From the NCBI GenBank assembly GCA_951406725.2, contig OX597835.1, positions 25,296,001-25,360,000 on the forward strand: a stretch of 64,000 bases of DNA, read 5' to 3'. The stretch's first letter is position 1; the number at the start of each line of letters is the position of its first letter. The notes under the pieces are model-generated. The model made no database searches. It had not been told where the DNA came from and was given only the letters and a program-made list of their open reading frames with translations. The stretch comes from Octopus vulgaris. Its lineage: Eukaryota. Both the position numbers and the translations under genes were made by a program. Shown here piece after piece: positions 41,533 through 53,139 of the stretch.

Positions 41533-42005
41533 TCCCATTCAGTTCAGGGAGTATTTTCCTTTGTTTCTTTTTCTTTCCCCCTTTTCCTTCTTCCTGTTCA
41601 TTTCTTTACTTGCTTCGCAAATTAGTTGGCCGCTTCACTAATGCTGGTGGCATGAAAAAAGCACCCAGCACACTCTGTAAATTGGTTGGCATTTACAAGA
41701 GCACCCAGCTGAAGAAACCATGTTAAAGCTGACACTGGAACTCGGCATGGTCCTTGCAACTCACTGGATCCGTCTAACCCGTGCCAGCATGGAAAATGGT
41801 CGTTAAATATTTGTTGTTGCTTGATATATATGTATATATTCTTTTATTTGCTTCAGCCATTCGGCTGGAGCGCCACCATGTAAAAAACAAAAAAAAAAAA
41901 AAAGATAACTGAGATTTATTCCATTTTCACAATATAGAAAATGTGAAATAGAGAAAGATATAATTTTTAAACTAAAAATATTAAAAGACATTGATTAATC
42001 CCATC

Positions 42006-42421
42006 GGATCTTTTTGATTTGAACGACAGTTTTTCTAGCGGTGTCATATGAAATTGTCACCCATAATTATGACCCAAGTATCGATCTATTGCATTTCAAT
42101 ATGTTTTAGGGTTAGGGTTACAGGTGAGAGGAAGGGTATCTTTTTTCTTCACAAATGTAAATAAACCCAATCTGTTTCTTAAACGAGGGACATATTCATA
42201 CGGCACAGAAGGTTTTCTTTTTACCTCAATAGACGTCAGTGATTGGTTGAAATTGCAGAAATTGAAGAAAAAAAACAATATCTTACAAACTATAGAATTT
42301 TCTCAATAAAGCCAAGAGAAAAAAATGCTTTAAAAACACATTCTACCACTATACGAAGTTTAAAAGTGTTTAGTTACGTGGAAATTATTTTTAAAAACTG
42401 CCGTTCAAACCGAAAAGATCC
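42006..42421. mobile_element. Related asymmetric MITE, GGATC termini, 8-bp TSD
   Basis: TIRs GGATCTTTTTGATTTGAACGACAG / CTGCCGTTCAAACCGAAAAGATCC. TSD ATCCCATC at 41998-42005 and 42422-42429. Right part is similar to the arm of 40926-41532; ttagggttagggtta near 42106-42120. Confidence 0.82.
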
Positions 42422-43734
42422 ATCCCATCTCTGCAGAAAAAAAAATAAAAAACAGGAGAAAGTTCAATAAATGATTGATTATCATTTTTGTTTCTTAGTT
42501 TTTATTTCAGATATTAAATAAAATGCTACATTTCTTCCTCATATGTGTAATGTCCATTATACATATAAGGTATTGCTTAATTAATGACTGAAAATATTGT
42601 TTAATTATTTTAACAATTGTTTACGGTTGCGGCATTTTCTCCCTTTACTCTTTTCCTGTTCTTCAAGAAAGAAAAAAAACACCAGCCGAAAAGCAAAATT
42701 CAAAAACACACCAATAACATAATTCCAATTTCTTTCACGAAATTAAAAATTTGGTTAATGAGACAATAAATTTATGCGTCAGCGAATTAATTTCTTCGGT
42801 GGCTGAACCAGTAAGACGTCTGGCGGGATAGTTTTGTCCCCTTTTCCACTTGAGTTCGAATTCAACCGAAGATGACTCATTTTTTTCGCAATTACTCATG
42901 GTGAAATATTATATTTAAGCCTGATTGTCTATACTTGTATCTTGTAACTGTTATTTTTCTTAATAATAGGATCACATTAGTCTTGCATCTCGGCATATTT
43001 CGTAAAATATATTCTCTTATTTGTCAATGTCTGTCCTCTATATCGAATATACCATTAAAAGCAGTGTATTTACGTTTTCAGTTCAAACCTCGCCAAAGTC
43101 GACACTAACTTTCGCTCTAGGATCGATGAAATAATTTTGAACTTAAAAGTCACAGGGGAAAAAACAATTATTTTTGTTAAAAAAAAATCACAAGAAAAAA
43201 TGCCCTATTTAATTTAAATTCTATGTTGATTAAAGTAATAAAACAAATAAAAACAATTACTATTTACTTTGGTAAATCATGTTCTTTTCAGATAATTAGA
43301 ATTCCAGTCGAAAAGAATTAAAAAAAAAATCATTTATTAATAATACACTTGCTAATTAATGATGCAATTATGCACACAATTTCTACATTATGACAGCTCA
43401 ATTTTTAAAAAAATTAAAAAATGGCACGACCTGCATCTTTTATCCTTTTACTTGTTTCATACATTGGGGCACCACTTTGAAGGGGTTAGTCGAACAAATC
43501 AACCCCAGTACTTGTATTTTTAAAGCTTGGTCCTTATTCTCTCGGTCTCTCATGACGAACAGCTGAGGGGCGGAAACAAACCAACGCTGGTTGTCAAGCG
43601 GTGGTAGAAGACAAACACAAAGACCCCCCCCCACTGTGTATATATATATATATATGAAAGAAAAAAAGGTGTATTTCATATGTATTAAATCTGTACATCA
43701 CCCCCAATACTTCTAACACACACACATATATATA

Positions 43735-44123
43735 TCTTTATATATAAAAGTGAAGTTGTGTGTCTGTCTCCTACGATTTAGATTCCTAACTACTCCCACA
43801 TTTTGCGGTGCAGTGTAACCAAAAGTGGGTATCTTATAGTCGTGATTCATATCGAGCCCTTCTGGGTATTAGCGCGCGTCTACGATGAGTCTACGATTAA
43901 AAAAAAAAATTACCATAATTTTTTTCCATTTTAATGCATTTTTTCCGCTATTATATAAGGGAAGTAACTCTCTAAAAATGTCTACGATGAGTCAACGATT
44001 TAAAAAAAATTTACCATAATTTTTTTTCCATTTTTAATGCATTTTTTGGCTATAACTCTCTAAAAAAATGCTTATATAGTTATTTCCCTTACAAACCCGA
44101 GCAACGCCGGGCGATACTGCTAG
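43735..44123 (+). mobile_element. Non-autonomous Helitron
   Basis: 5' TC, subterminal hairpin CCCGagcaacgcCGGG (44096-44111), 3' CTAG, inserted between A and T with no TSD. Confidence 0.85.
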
Positions 44124-44811
44124 TATAATATATATACTAAACCACTGGCTGCCGACAACTCAGATACATATATATATATATGTATGCATGAGTGAGTGTG
44201 TATAAAAGAAATTTAATAAGATCTCTCTCCCCTCTCTCTCTATGTGTGTGTATATATATATATACACGCACACAGACTTCTTTCATTTTCATATACAACA
44301 GACTTCTTTCATTTTTTGTCTACTTACAACACTTTGGTTAGCTCGGTACTGAAGGTGCCGTGCAGTGGTACTGAACCTGGAACCATTGTGGTTGCTAAGC
44401 AAACATCTTATTAATCAGCCACACTTGTGAAAATGAAAATTATTCAAGATCTTAAATAAAACAATAAAATATTTAGAAAACTATTAAATACGCCCAAACA
44501 ACAATAAATCAATCGTTTTTGAAGTTTTTCTGGTGACTTTTTTTTCCTCCTAAATTCAAAATAAGTACTGTCAAGTACTGACCTAATAATATAATCATAA
44601 ACTGCCGGCTGATGTCTATCAACTACACGTGGTATCCAGACCGGTTGTTCAGTTTTTACTTCCCCCAAATTTATACATAAAATGTCTTAATATCATGTGT
44701 AATTAAAATCCCAATCACCTATTTCTCATGTAAAATTTTGTTTTACTTTTTGTGTTTTTAAAACACATTATTACTTGTCTAAAATTTACCATTAATCTAT
44801 TTTAGCATTAA

Positions 44812-45027
44812 GGCGGCGAGCTGGCAGAAACGTTAGCACGTCGGGCGAAAAGCGTAGCCGTATTTCGTCTGCCGTTATGTTCTGAGTTCAAATTCCGCCG
44901 AGGTCGACTTTGCCTTTCATCCTTTCGGGGTCAATTAAATAAGTACCAGTTACGGGATCGATATAATCGACTTAATCCGTTTGTCTGTCCTGTCTGTGTT
45001 TAGCCCCTTCTGGGTAGTAAAGAAATA
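44812..45027 (+). mobile_element. tRNA-derived SINE, family B
   Basis: A box agctggcagaa, B box gagttcaaattcc, central gtcgactttgcctttcatcctttcggggtc block resembling the Meta/MESC-type SINE domain. Many copies at 23190-23830, 25578-25960, 33205-33345, 33568-33797(-), 34209-34421, 35085-36060, 39190-39405 and 56530-57085. Confidence 0.85.
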
Positions 45028-48000
45028 GATATTTTCGTGTTCTGAGTTCAAATTTCGTCGAAGTCGACTTTACCTTTCATCTTTTCGGGGGTCGATAAAT
45101 TAAGTGCCAGTTGTGTATTGGAGTCGATGTAATCGACTTACCCCTCCTCCGAAATTGCCGGCTTTGTGCCAAAATTTGAAAGCAATATATTTCATCATTA
45201 ATTTTAGACGTAGGCTGGCTGTGTGGTCAAGAAGTTTGATTTCGAACTACATGGTTCCGGGTTCAGTTCCATAGTATGTCTTTTGGGCAAGTGCCTTCTA
45301 CTCGGGCCGACCAAATGCTTGTGAGTAGGTTCGGTTGACAGAAAGTGTGCGTGTCTTTGTTTACATCCCGGTGTTGGTTTGTTTATGTCCTGTAACTTAG
45401 CGGCTCGGCAACAAGAATAAGTACCAGTCTTAGAAAAGAAATAAGTTTGTGGTCGATTTGTTCGACTAAACACTTCAGGGCGATGCCCCAGCATGGCCGC
45501 AATCTAATGACTGAAGTATGTAAGAAATATAAGATACGTTTTGAAATACAATTTTATTTTACTTTCAGAGCAAACAGCCATTATCATATTTCAGTTTTAT
45601 TCTTATTTATTTATAAAACACAAAGAAAAAAAATCGCTTAACATTAACGGAAAAAGTCGAACAAAAAACAATAAAGACAAAATAACAATGGAACTCTTTC
45701 AATGTGACAAGACAATGGAAATATTTTCCTAAACAACGGCTGCTCCCTCATTACAACACATGACTACCAAAGACAGAGAAAGGCAATGTGGAAGACGGTG
45801 TTAATTTTTACACAACATTTTAAACCAGTTAACGACGTTAATTATTAGTTTTATAACAAGTATTTCATTTATTGAGTTTCAGTAACACAGATATACATTT
45901 TATATATTCTCTTATGTTTGTTCGAGTCGTCTTTTAAGTAAAAACATAGAAATTTTATGCATCGAAGCCTGTCGTTCATGTCTGGTTTACCTCCCTTATA
46001 CATAACGAACGCTCCCTTCAACGTCCGCTTAATTTCACTTCCTGTTTAATGACATTTTTTTTATTAAAGGAGCGTTTATCGCCTCTTTGTTTATTAATCA
46101 GAAAATCCTCGAGTTTACAGTTGTAGAAGTGTCAATCTTCGCACACATTTAACATTTGTAAACTACTAATTAATAATGATATGGGACTACCGTCTGAGGT
46201 CCTCTACACGTAACAACCAGATGAAAACTGCAGAAAATGGTAGGGAGTGTTCCTTTCCTTAAATTTCACATTATCTCCTCTCTATCTAAGACCTCTTTGT
46301 TCATTGGTCTATCAATGTTCTTTTGTTTATCTCCTTTTTTATCACAATTGTTCTCCTCGTTAACTTGTTATCTGTGACAGTGGTTAATTATAAACCTCAA
46401 CGTCACTCTTACATGGTGCGTGACTTTAATTGTCTCCCTTTAACCGCTTCTAAACCTCTTAAACTTGGACAATCACCGCTCCCTTGGTCAGCAAGTTGCG
46501 CGCTTAAAATTAAAACTCTTGCAAATATCATTGACTTTTTAACTTTTTTATTCTTTAAATGTCATTCCAGCCATCAAATAAACACTGTGTAAGACTTACC
46601 AGTTGTTTTTAATTCGTATTTTAAACTCAACTGATCGATCGAAATACGCCAAGGGTTTAAATGTTGCCAAAGTTTAAAAAAATACTGTGAAAAATTTATT
46701 GAACGAAATCCTTTTAAAATTCTTTTTTTTTTTCCATTTACATTATTTCTCTCTCCATTCTTAAGTTAATTTTCTTTTTAAAACTTTCCCCAGAAATTTA
46801 AATATCGGCCTTTTAATAATAAATGTAATTCGAGCAAATTCGCTTATTCCTCATGTTTTATATATTTGACTAAAATTTCAGCAATCTTTGGCAGTTAATT
46901 TCAAACGGGGATGAAATTTTGATCCCGTTTCTTGTTCGAGATTTTGCCCTCGCATGATTTCTTTTGATTTATTAAACTTTATCCCGTTCATCCTTTCATT
47001 GCAAAATGAAATCGAAATTGTGTAGAATTTACTTTTTGATCAAACAATATGTATTCAACGACATAACTTTATTGGACGTTACTTCCTGTATTTTACTAGT
47101 ATAATTGATTTTACTTTATAATTTTGTCAATTTTAAACCTTTTTGTTAATTTCCTAACTTTTCGTGTTTTTTTTCCTAAATAATAACTAAAGAAGTGGAG
47201 ATATGGCATTTATTTTAAAATTACACATATGTTAAAAAGTATTCAAGAAATATTTTTAATGTCAATTTAAAATGTTTTAAACTAAAAAAATAAAAATGCA
47301 GATTGTATATATTATCAAACAAAAGTAATGAATTTTTAAATATCTTTTCGTTCTGCACGAAAGAAAAATTTATCTGTATTAAAATCAATTAGAATAGAAC
47401 ATATTTTGTTTTAGATCGATTTAAAATTATGCAAAAAAAAAACCTCCAATTAACACAGAAAGTTAGTGATTTAAGATCGATAAGTAGCAATAGTTTAATG
47501 CTTTTAATTTTCTTCCATGGATCTTGTTAAATTTCTTCCAACCACTATATTATTTTCAAGAATTGTAATTCTGATGTGATTTTGTATGCTGATGTCGAAA
47601 ATCGTCTTCATTTTCCGCCTTAGAAATCAAGTTACAAGCATTTAAAACAAGCGGGTGAAAATTTGAAAAACTTCCAAGTGGTTGGAAGAAATCGAACAAG
47701 GTCTTCTTTCTAAAATAAGTATATAATGTATATAAATATATATATCGTTGCTAAGCCAACCTGTGAAGCGTAGCACAGGGGTGAAGGGGAAAAAAATAAT
47801 AAACCTTGTGCTACGAAAGAAAAAGCAGTATTATCTGACATTAATATTCTGTGATATTTGCTTTTTTCTTCTTCCCCATCAGCAAGCAATTATTCCTTAT
47901 TAGCTCTTGTCTAATAGAGCCTGCATTAAAAATAAACGTCAGCACTAACTTAAAACTATTTCAGAAAGACCCCCAAAAAAAAATTAATAATAAGGTTTGC

Positions 48001-48103
48001 ATGAAACCAAGTTTTTTTTCGTTTCCTCTTTCATACAAAAGAGAAAGCAACGACATGGTTTCTGGATTCGATTTGATTTTATTTCCCAGCAATCCGTATC
48101 AAA

Positions 48104-48145
48104 TGACGTCACATGATTCCACTTCTGGCCTGAGTGCGCCATTTT
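48104..48145 (+). promoter_or_regulatory. Putative PPP2R2 core promoter (CRE and YY1 motifs)
   Basis: Perfect CRE TGACGTCA at 48104-48111 and YY1 CGCCATTTT at 48137-48145, 140-180 bp upstream of the ATG. Confidence 0.55.
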
Positions 48146-48281
48146 GAAATGTCGATGGTAGGGGTAATAGTTATTCCTTTACCATCGTAGGTCTGCCATT
48201 TACGGTTCCTACATTATTTTACTAACCACAGCCACTTCCCTTCTCCTACTGTTGGATAGTACAATTATTTCTCCGTTTACG

Positions 48282-48288
48282 ATGGCGG
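48282..48288 (+). CDS. PPP2R2A: PP2A B55 regulatory subunit (PPP2R2/twins), coding part of exon 1
   Basis: acgATG GCG G|gtaagg: 7 coding nt, phase 1, joins exon 2 to give MAGNGGEIQWCFSQVKG. Same 7-nt first coding exon layout as vertebrate PPP2R2A. The symbol denotes the family only. Confidence 0.8.
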
Positions 48289-49005
48289 GTAAGGAAGCTA
48301 TTGGATTTCCCCCTTTGCTAACTTGTAACATTCATTAGGCTCTTACGCGATGTTCGCCTCTTCTCATTTCTTCTTTCTCTTCATCTCTCTCTTCTATCTG
48401 TCTATCTCTTGACGCATGAGCATAAGGATATCGATGTACGTCTGTATACATACATTTCATGTATGTATATATACATACATCGATGTATGCATATAAACAT
48501 AAATGGATATGTCGGTACTTGTCAATTGTCGTGGTCCCGGTTTTGCACACGCGAATTCGCGCGCGCGCGCGCGCCAGACGTAGGTACTCGATACTCGAGA
48601 TCCTACGAGGTGACTTGCGCATGCGCAGTGCAGAATTCGCGCGTGCGCGTTAAACCCCCCCCCCAAAAAAAAGGTGTTGGATTTCACTAAAAATATATGT
48701 GTGTGTGTGTGTGTATATATAACATTTTCAATTTTACACAAAAAAATTACATAGTCGCTTTCCTCGCGGATTTACAGAGAAATGAATTAATTACTATTTT
48801 ACAGAATAAAATTAATGAATTAATTATATAAATTAAATAATTCTTGAAAATTAATTAATATTAATAATATTTTTTGAACAAAGTAAATAATTTATAAAAC
48901 TTGGTTAATAATTTTTTTTACACAAACGCGAACGTATATAATTTGTGAAACTTTTTTTTTTTACAGACGTATATAATTTGGTAAACTTAATGAATTAATT
49001 TCTTC

Positions 49006-49425
49006 TCATCATCATCATCGTTTAACGTCCGTTCTCCATGCCAGCATGGGTTGGACGGTTCGACCGGGGATCTGGGAAGCCAGAAGGCTGCACCAGACTC
49101 CAGTCTTATCTGGCAATGTTTCTACAGCTGGATGCCCTTCCTAACGCCAACCACTCCGAGAGTGTAGTGGGTGCTTTTTACATGCCACCCGCACAGGTGC
49201 CAGGCGAGGCTGGCAACGGCCACGGTCGGATTGGTGCCAGTCGAGGCGGCTCTGGCATCGGCCACGATTCGGATAGTGCTTTTTACGTACCACCAGTCCA
49301 GGGGTCCTGGCATTTGCCGGGTGCCACACTTGCCCCAACATGTCTTCGCAAGCAAAGGGGTTGGCATGGGTGCCTGTCGTGGGATGAGGTTCGATATCAA
49401 CTTCGCTTGCCTCAACAGGTCTTTG
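49006..49425 (-). mobile_element. SINE (family with (GAT)n tail) inside the left foldback arm
   Basis: Same family as copies at ~5620-6013, 12130-12470, 16145-16430 and 17400-17700; shared 3' block ggcgttaggaagggcatccagctgtagaaac...ggacgttaaacgatgatg. Confidence 0.8.
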
Positions 49426-50006
49426 TGTATAAATGTATAAATTTTTCGCACTAAATTCTTTCCGTAGAATTTATAAAAAAACGCGCAAAATTATTCCGTA
49501 GACTTTATCAAATTAAAAAACGCAAAATTAATATATTTTTTGAAATTGCAAATTATTTAGAATATAAAACAAATTAAGTTAAATTTTAAAAATAAATGTC
49601 ATATACTTATACTCTGTAAGGTGCTGTGTTCACACTTCAATTTACTATTTTCTAGAAATGTTGCTTTTCTAATTGAAACAATTTTTCTCAATCTCCATTT
49701 AAAAGTCCATAATGCCTCTTGAGCCATATCAAAATGAACAACTTTGAATTACCCGGTGGTGGTGGTGTGAGGTTCTAATTTTTTTTCTGATCTCTCTTTG
49801 CCCCCTCTTTATCTCAGTTGTTCATTCAGCTAATATTTAGAAAAATTTTCGCGCCCAATTTTTGTTGTCGCGGGAAAAGATGAACGATTTAAAATAAATA
49901 TATCTTAATTGTAGTGTGAGAAAGTATATATATTCTGATGACAAAATATATTATCTTTCAAAAACATCCCAAATTTATAGACTATATCGTGTAGGTTTAA
50001 GAAATA

Positions 50007-50037
<31 letters not shown>

Positions 50038-50482
50038 ATATATACATATATAGTAGAGAATGAAACATCTTTCATCTGTCTCCCCACCACACCTCCATCT
50101 AGGGGGGCAAAGAGAGATCAGAAAAAAAATTAGAACCTCACACCACCACCACCGGGTAATTCAAAGTTGTTCATTTTGATATGGCTCAAGAGGCATTATG
50201 GACTTTTAAATGGAGATTGAGAAAAATTGTTTCAATTAGAAAAGCAACATTTCTAGAAAATAGTAAATTGAAGTGTGAACACAGCACCTTACAGAGTATA
50301 AGTATATGACATTTATTTTTAAAATTTAACTTAATTTGTTTTATATTCTAAATAATTTGCAATTTCAAAAAATATATTAATTTTGCGTTTTTTAATTTGA
50401 TAAAGTCTACGGAATAATTTTGCGCGTTTTTTTATAAATTCTACGGAAAGAATTTAGTGCGAAAAATTTATACATTTATACA

Positions 50483-50902
50483 CAAAGACCTGTTGAGGCA
50501 AGCGAAGTTGATATCGAACCTCATCCCACGACAGGCACCCATGCCAACCCCTTTGCTTGCGAAGACATGTTGGGGCAAGTGTGGCACCCGGCAAATGCCA
50601 GGACCCCTGGACTGGTGGTACGTAAAAAGCACTATCCGAATCGTGGCCGATGCCAGAGCCGCCTCGACTGGCACCAATCCGACCGTGGCCGTTGCCAGCC
50701 TCGCCTGGCACCTGTGCGGGTGGCATGTAAAAAGCACCCACTACACTCTCGGAGTGGTTGGCGTTAGGAAGGGCATCCAGCTGTAGAAACATTGCCAGAT
50801 AAGACTGGAGTCTGGTGCAGCCTTCTGGCTTCCCAGATCCCCGGTCGAACCGTCCAACCCATGCTGGCATGGAGAACGGACGTTAAACGATGATGATGAT
50901 GA
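50483..50902 (+). mobile_element. SINE, mirror copy inside the right foldback arm
   Basis: Reverse complement of 49006-49425; the ORF track gives identical peptides on opposite strands. Confidence 0.8.
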
Positions 50903-52346
50903 GAAGAAATTAATTCATTAAGTTTACCAAATTATATACGTCTGTAAAAAAAAAAAAAGTTTCACAAATTATATACGTTCGCGTTTGTGTAAAAAAAAAT
51001 TATTAACCAAGTTTTATAAATTATTTACTTTGTTCAAAAAATATTATTAATATTAATTAATTTTCAAGAATTATTTAATTTATATAATTAATTCATTAAT
51101 TTTATTCTGTAAAATAGTAATTAATTCATTTCTCTGTAAATCCGCGAGGAAAGCGACTATGTAATTTTTTTGTGTAAAATTGAAAATGTTATATATACAC
51201 ACACACACACACATATTTTTAGTGAAATCCAACACCTTTTTTTTTGGGGGGGGGGGTTTAACGCGCACGCGCGAATTCTGCACTGCGCATGCGCAAGTCA
51301 CCTCGTAGGATCTCGAGTATCGAGTACCTACGTCTGGCGCGCGCGCGCGCGCGAATTCGCGTGTGCAAAACCGGGACCACGACAATTGACAAGTACCGGA
51401 TATGTCTATATTAATATATACATACATGTCGTATATGCATATACATTAAAGTACACACACACATGTGTGTATGTATGTATGTGTGTGTGTGTGTAGCTTT
51501 GCATCTGACAATGTATGCGTATAGTTATACTGTTTGTATGTGTGTATATGTACACACACCTGTGTATATATAGCCACACCTGTGTATATATATGTAATCT
51601 TATAGCTATGCATGCATGTATATATATGTATAATATATCTAGCTATACATCTTTCTATGTGTGTGTGTACAGTTTTACATCTGTGTATATTCATAATCTG
51701 CATAGCTGTATGTTTCTGTGTGTATGTATGCACATATATGTATATCTTTATATTTGTGTATGTATATATAGATGTAAAGGTGTATACACGCATATATGGA
51801 AAGCTATATCTATATATAGCTTTAAATTTATGTATATATACATGTGTGTGTATAAGCTTTACGTTTATATATATAGCTTTATACCTGTATATATCGATGT
51901 ATAGCTTTACACCGATGTGTGTGTGTGTGTGTCTCTAGACATACACACCTTTACATCGATGTACGTTTATATATGTATATAGCGGTACATCGATGCATAT
52001 ATCGCTGTATATCTGAGTGTAAGCGTGTATAATATGCGAAAATATCCGTGTCTGCATTTATGTAAGCAGAGTTTTGCATCTGATGTAAGAACATGTATGT
52101 ATGTATGTGTGTGTGTGTGTATACACATGTAAAAATCCAATCATATACACACACACTGACAGTCGTATGTATGTATATGTATATATATATAAATAAATAT
52201 ATATATATATATATATGTGTGTTTATATAACTTGGTGCATGTGTACGTATATATGCGCACGCATGTGTATGTCTGCATGCATGTTTGTGTGTATCTGTAC
52301 AGATATGTATGAACAGCTATGCATACATGTCTGTTTGTGTGGTGTG

Positions 52347-52377
<31 letters not shown>

Positions 52378-53070
52378 ATATACACACATATATATCATCG
52401 ATTTTACATCAGTTTTTCCTTTGAGGCTGTTTTATGTCTGAATGCCCTTCTTGACTGCAATCTCGTATGACTTGCAATGATACAGTGTATTTATTTTAAA
52501 ATCTGGGATGCTCACGGTATAATATTCATTATTTGTCTGTGCAAACCTACATAGATCTATACATACATGTATACATATATTTGTCTGTAACCTATAAACA
52601 TACACACACACTCACTCATCAGTGTGTGTGTGTGGCTAAGAAGCTCGCTTCCCAACCACTTGGTTCGAGGTTCAGTCCTACTGTGTGGCACTTTTGGCAA
52701 GTGTCTTCTTCTATACCTTTGGGGCAACCAGAGTAATGTAAATGAATTTGATTGACAAACTAAAAGAAACCCATTGTGTGTGTGTGTGTGTGTGTGTGAC
52801 TTGATATCTTGTGATTGTTGTATGCAAGGGTCCCCAGCATTCACGCAGTGTCCTTCATTTCTAATCTTACATCAAATGAAAACATGTCCAGTTGCAGGGA
52901 AATTATCACTTTACTTGGAAACAAGTGAGAACTGATGACAAGAAGGACATCCAGCCATAGAACATCTGCCTCAATAAATTCTGTCTGACCTATGCAAGCA
53001 TGTGATATACAACGATATACAATGTCAGTATGTAACCTATAAGCATAACATATATATTTGTCTTTTGTAG

Positions 53071-53139
53071 GTAATGGTGGGGAGATCCAGTGGTGTTTTT
53101 CTCAAGTGAAAGGTACCATAGAGGAAGATATCACTGAAG
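53071..53139 (+). CDS. PPP2R2A: PP2A B55 regulatory subunit (PPP2R2/twins), coding exon 2
   Basis: Acceptor tttgtcttttgtag, donor gtaggt, 69 bp, phase 1-1. Translates (G)NGGEIQWCFSQVKGTIEEDITE(x), matching the B55 N-terminal motif IQWCFSQVKG..DDV.EAD. No further exon recognised in the window. Confidence 0.93.

Larger units (their letters stand above)
48514..51397. mobile_element. Foldback-type non-autonomous DNA transposon (Merlin- or Mutator-like), ~1.29 kb inverted arms
   Basis: 48514-49805 is the reverse complement of 50103-51397 apart from small homopolymer/microsatellite differences. Termini GGTAC...GTACC. Perfect 9-bp TSD GGATATGTC at 48505-48513 and 51398-51406. Spacer ~297 bp. Confidence 0.92.

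Noticed and set aside
49038-50870. Mirror-image 138-aa and 109-aa ORFs on both strands
   Set aside because: They lie within the SINE duplicated in the foldback arms; the same peptide fragments (LDALPNANH) arise from other SINE copies.
48514-51397. Foldback as an assembly chimera
   Set aside because: An exact 9-bp TSD outside both ends, a unique spacer and small length differences between the arms favour a real insertion, though read-level confirmation is still needed.
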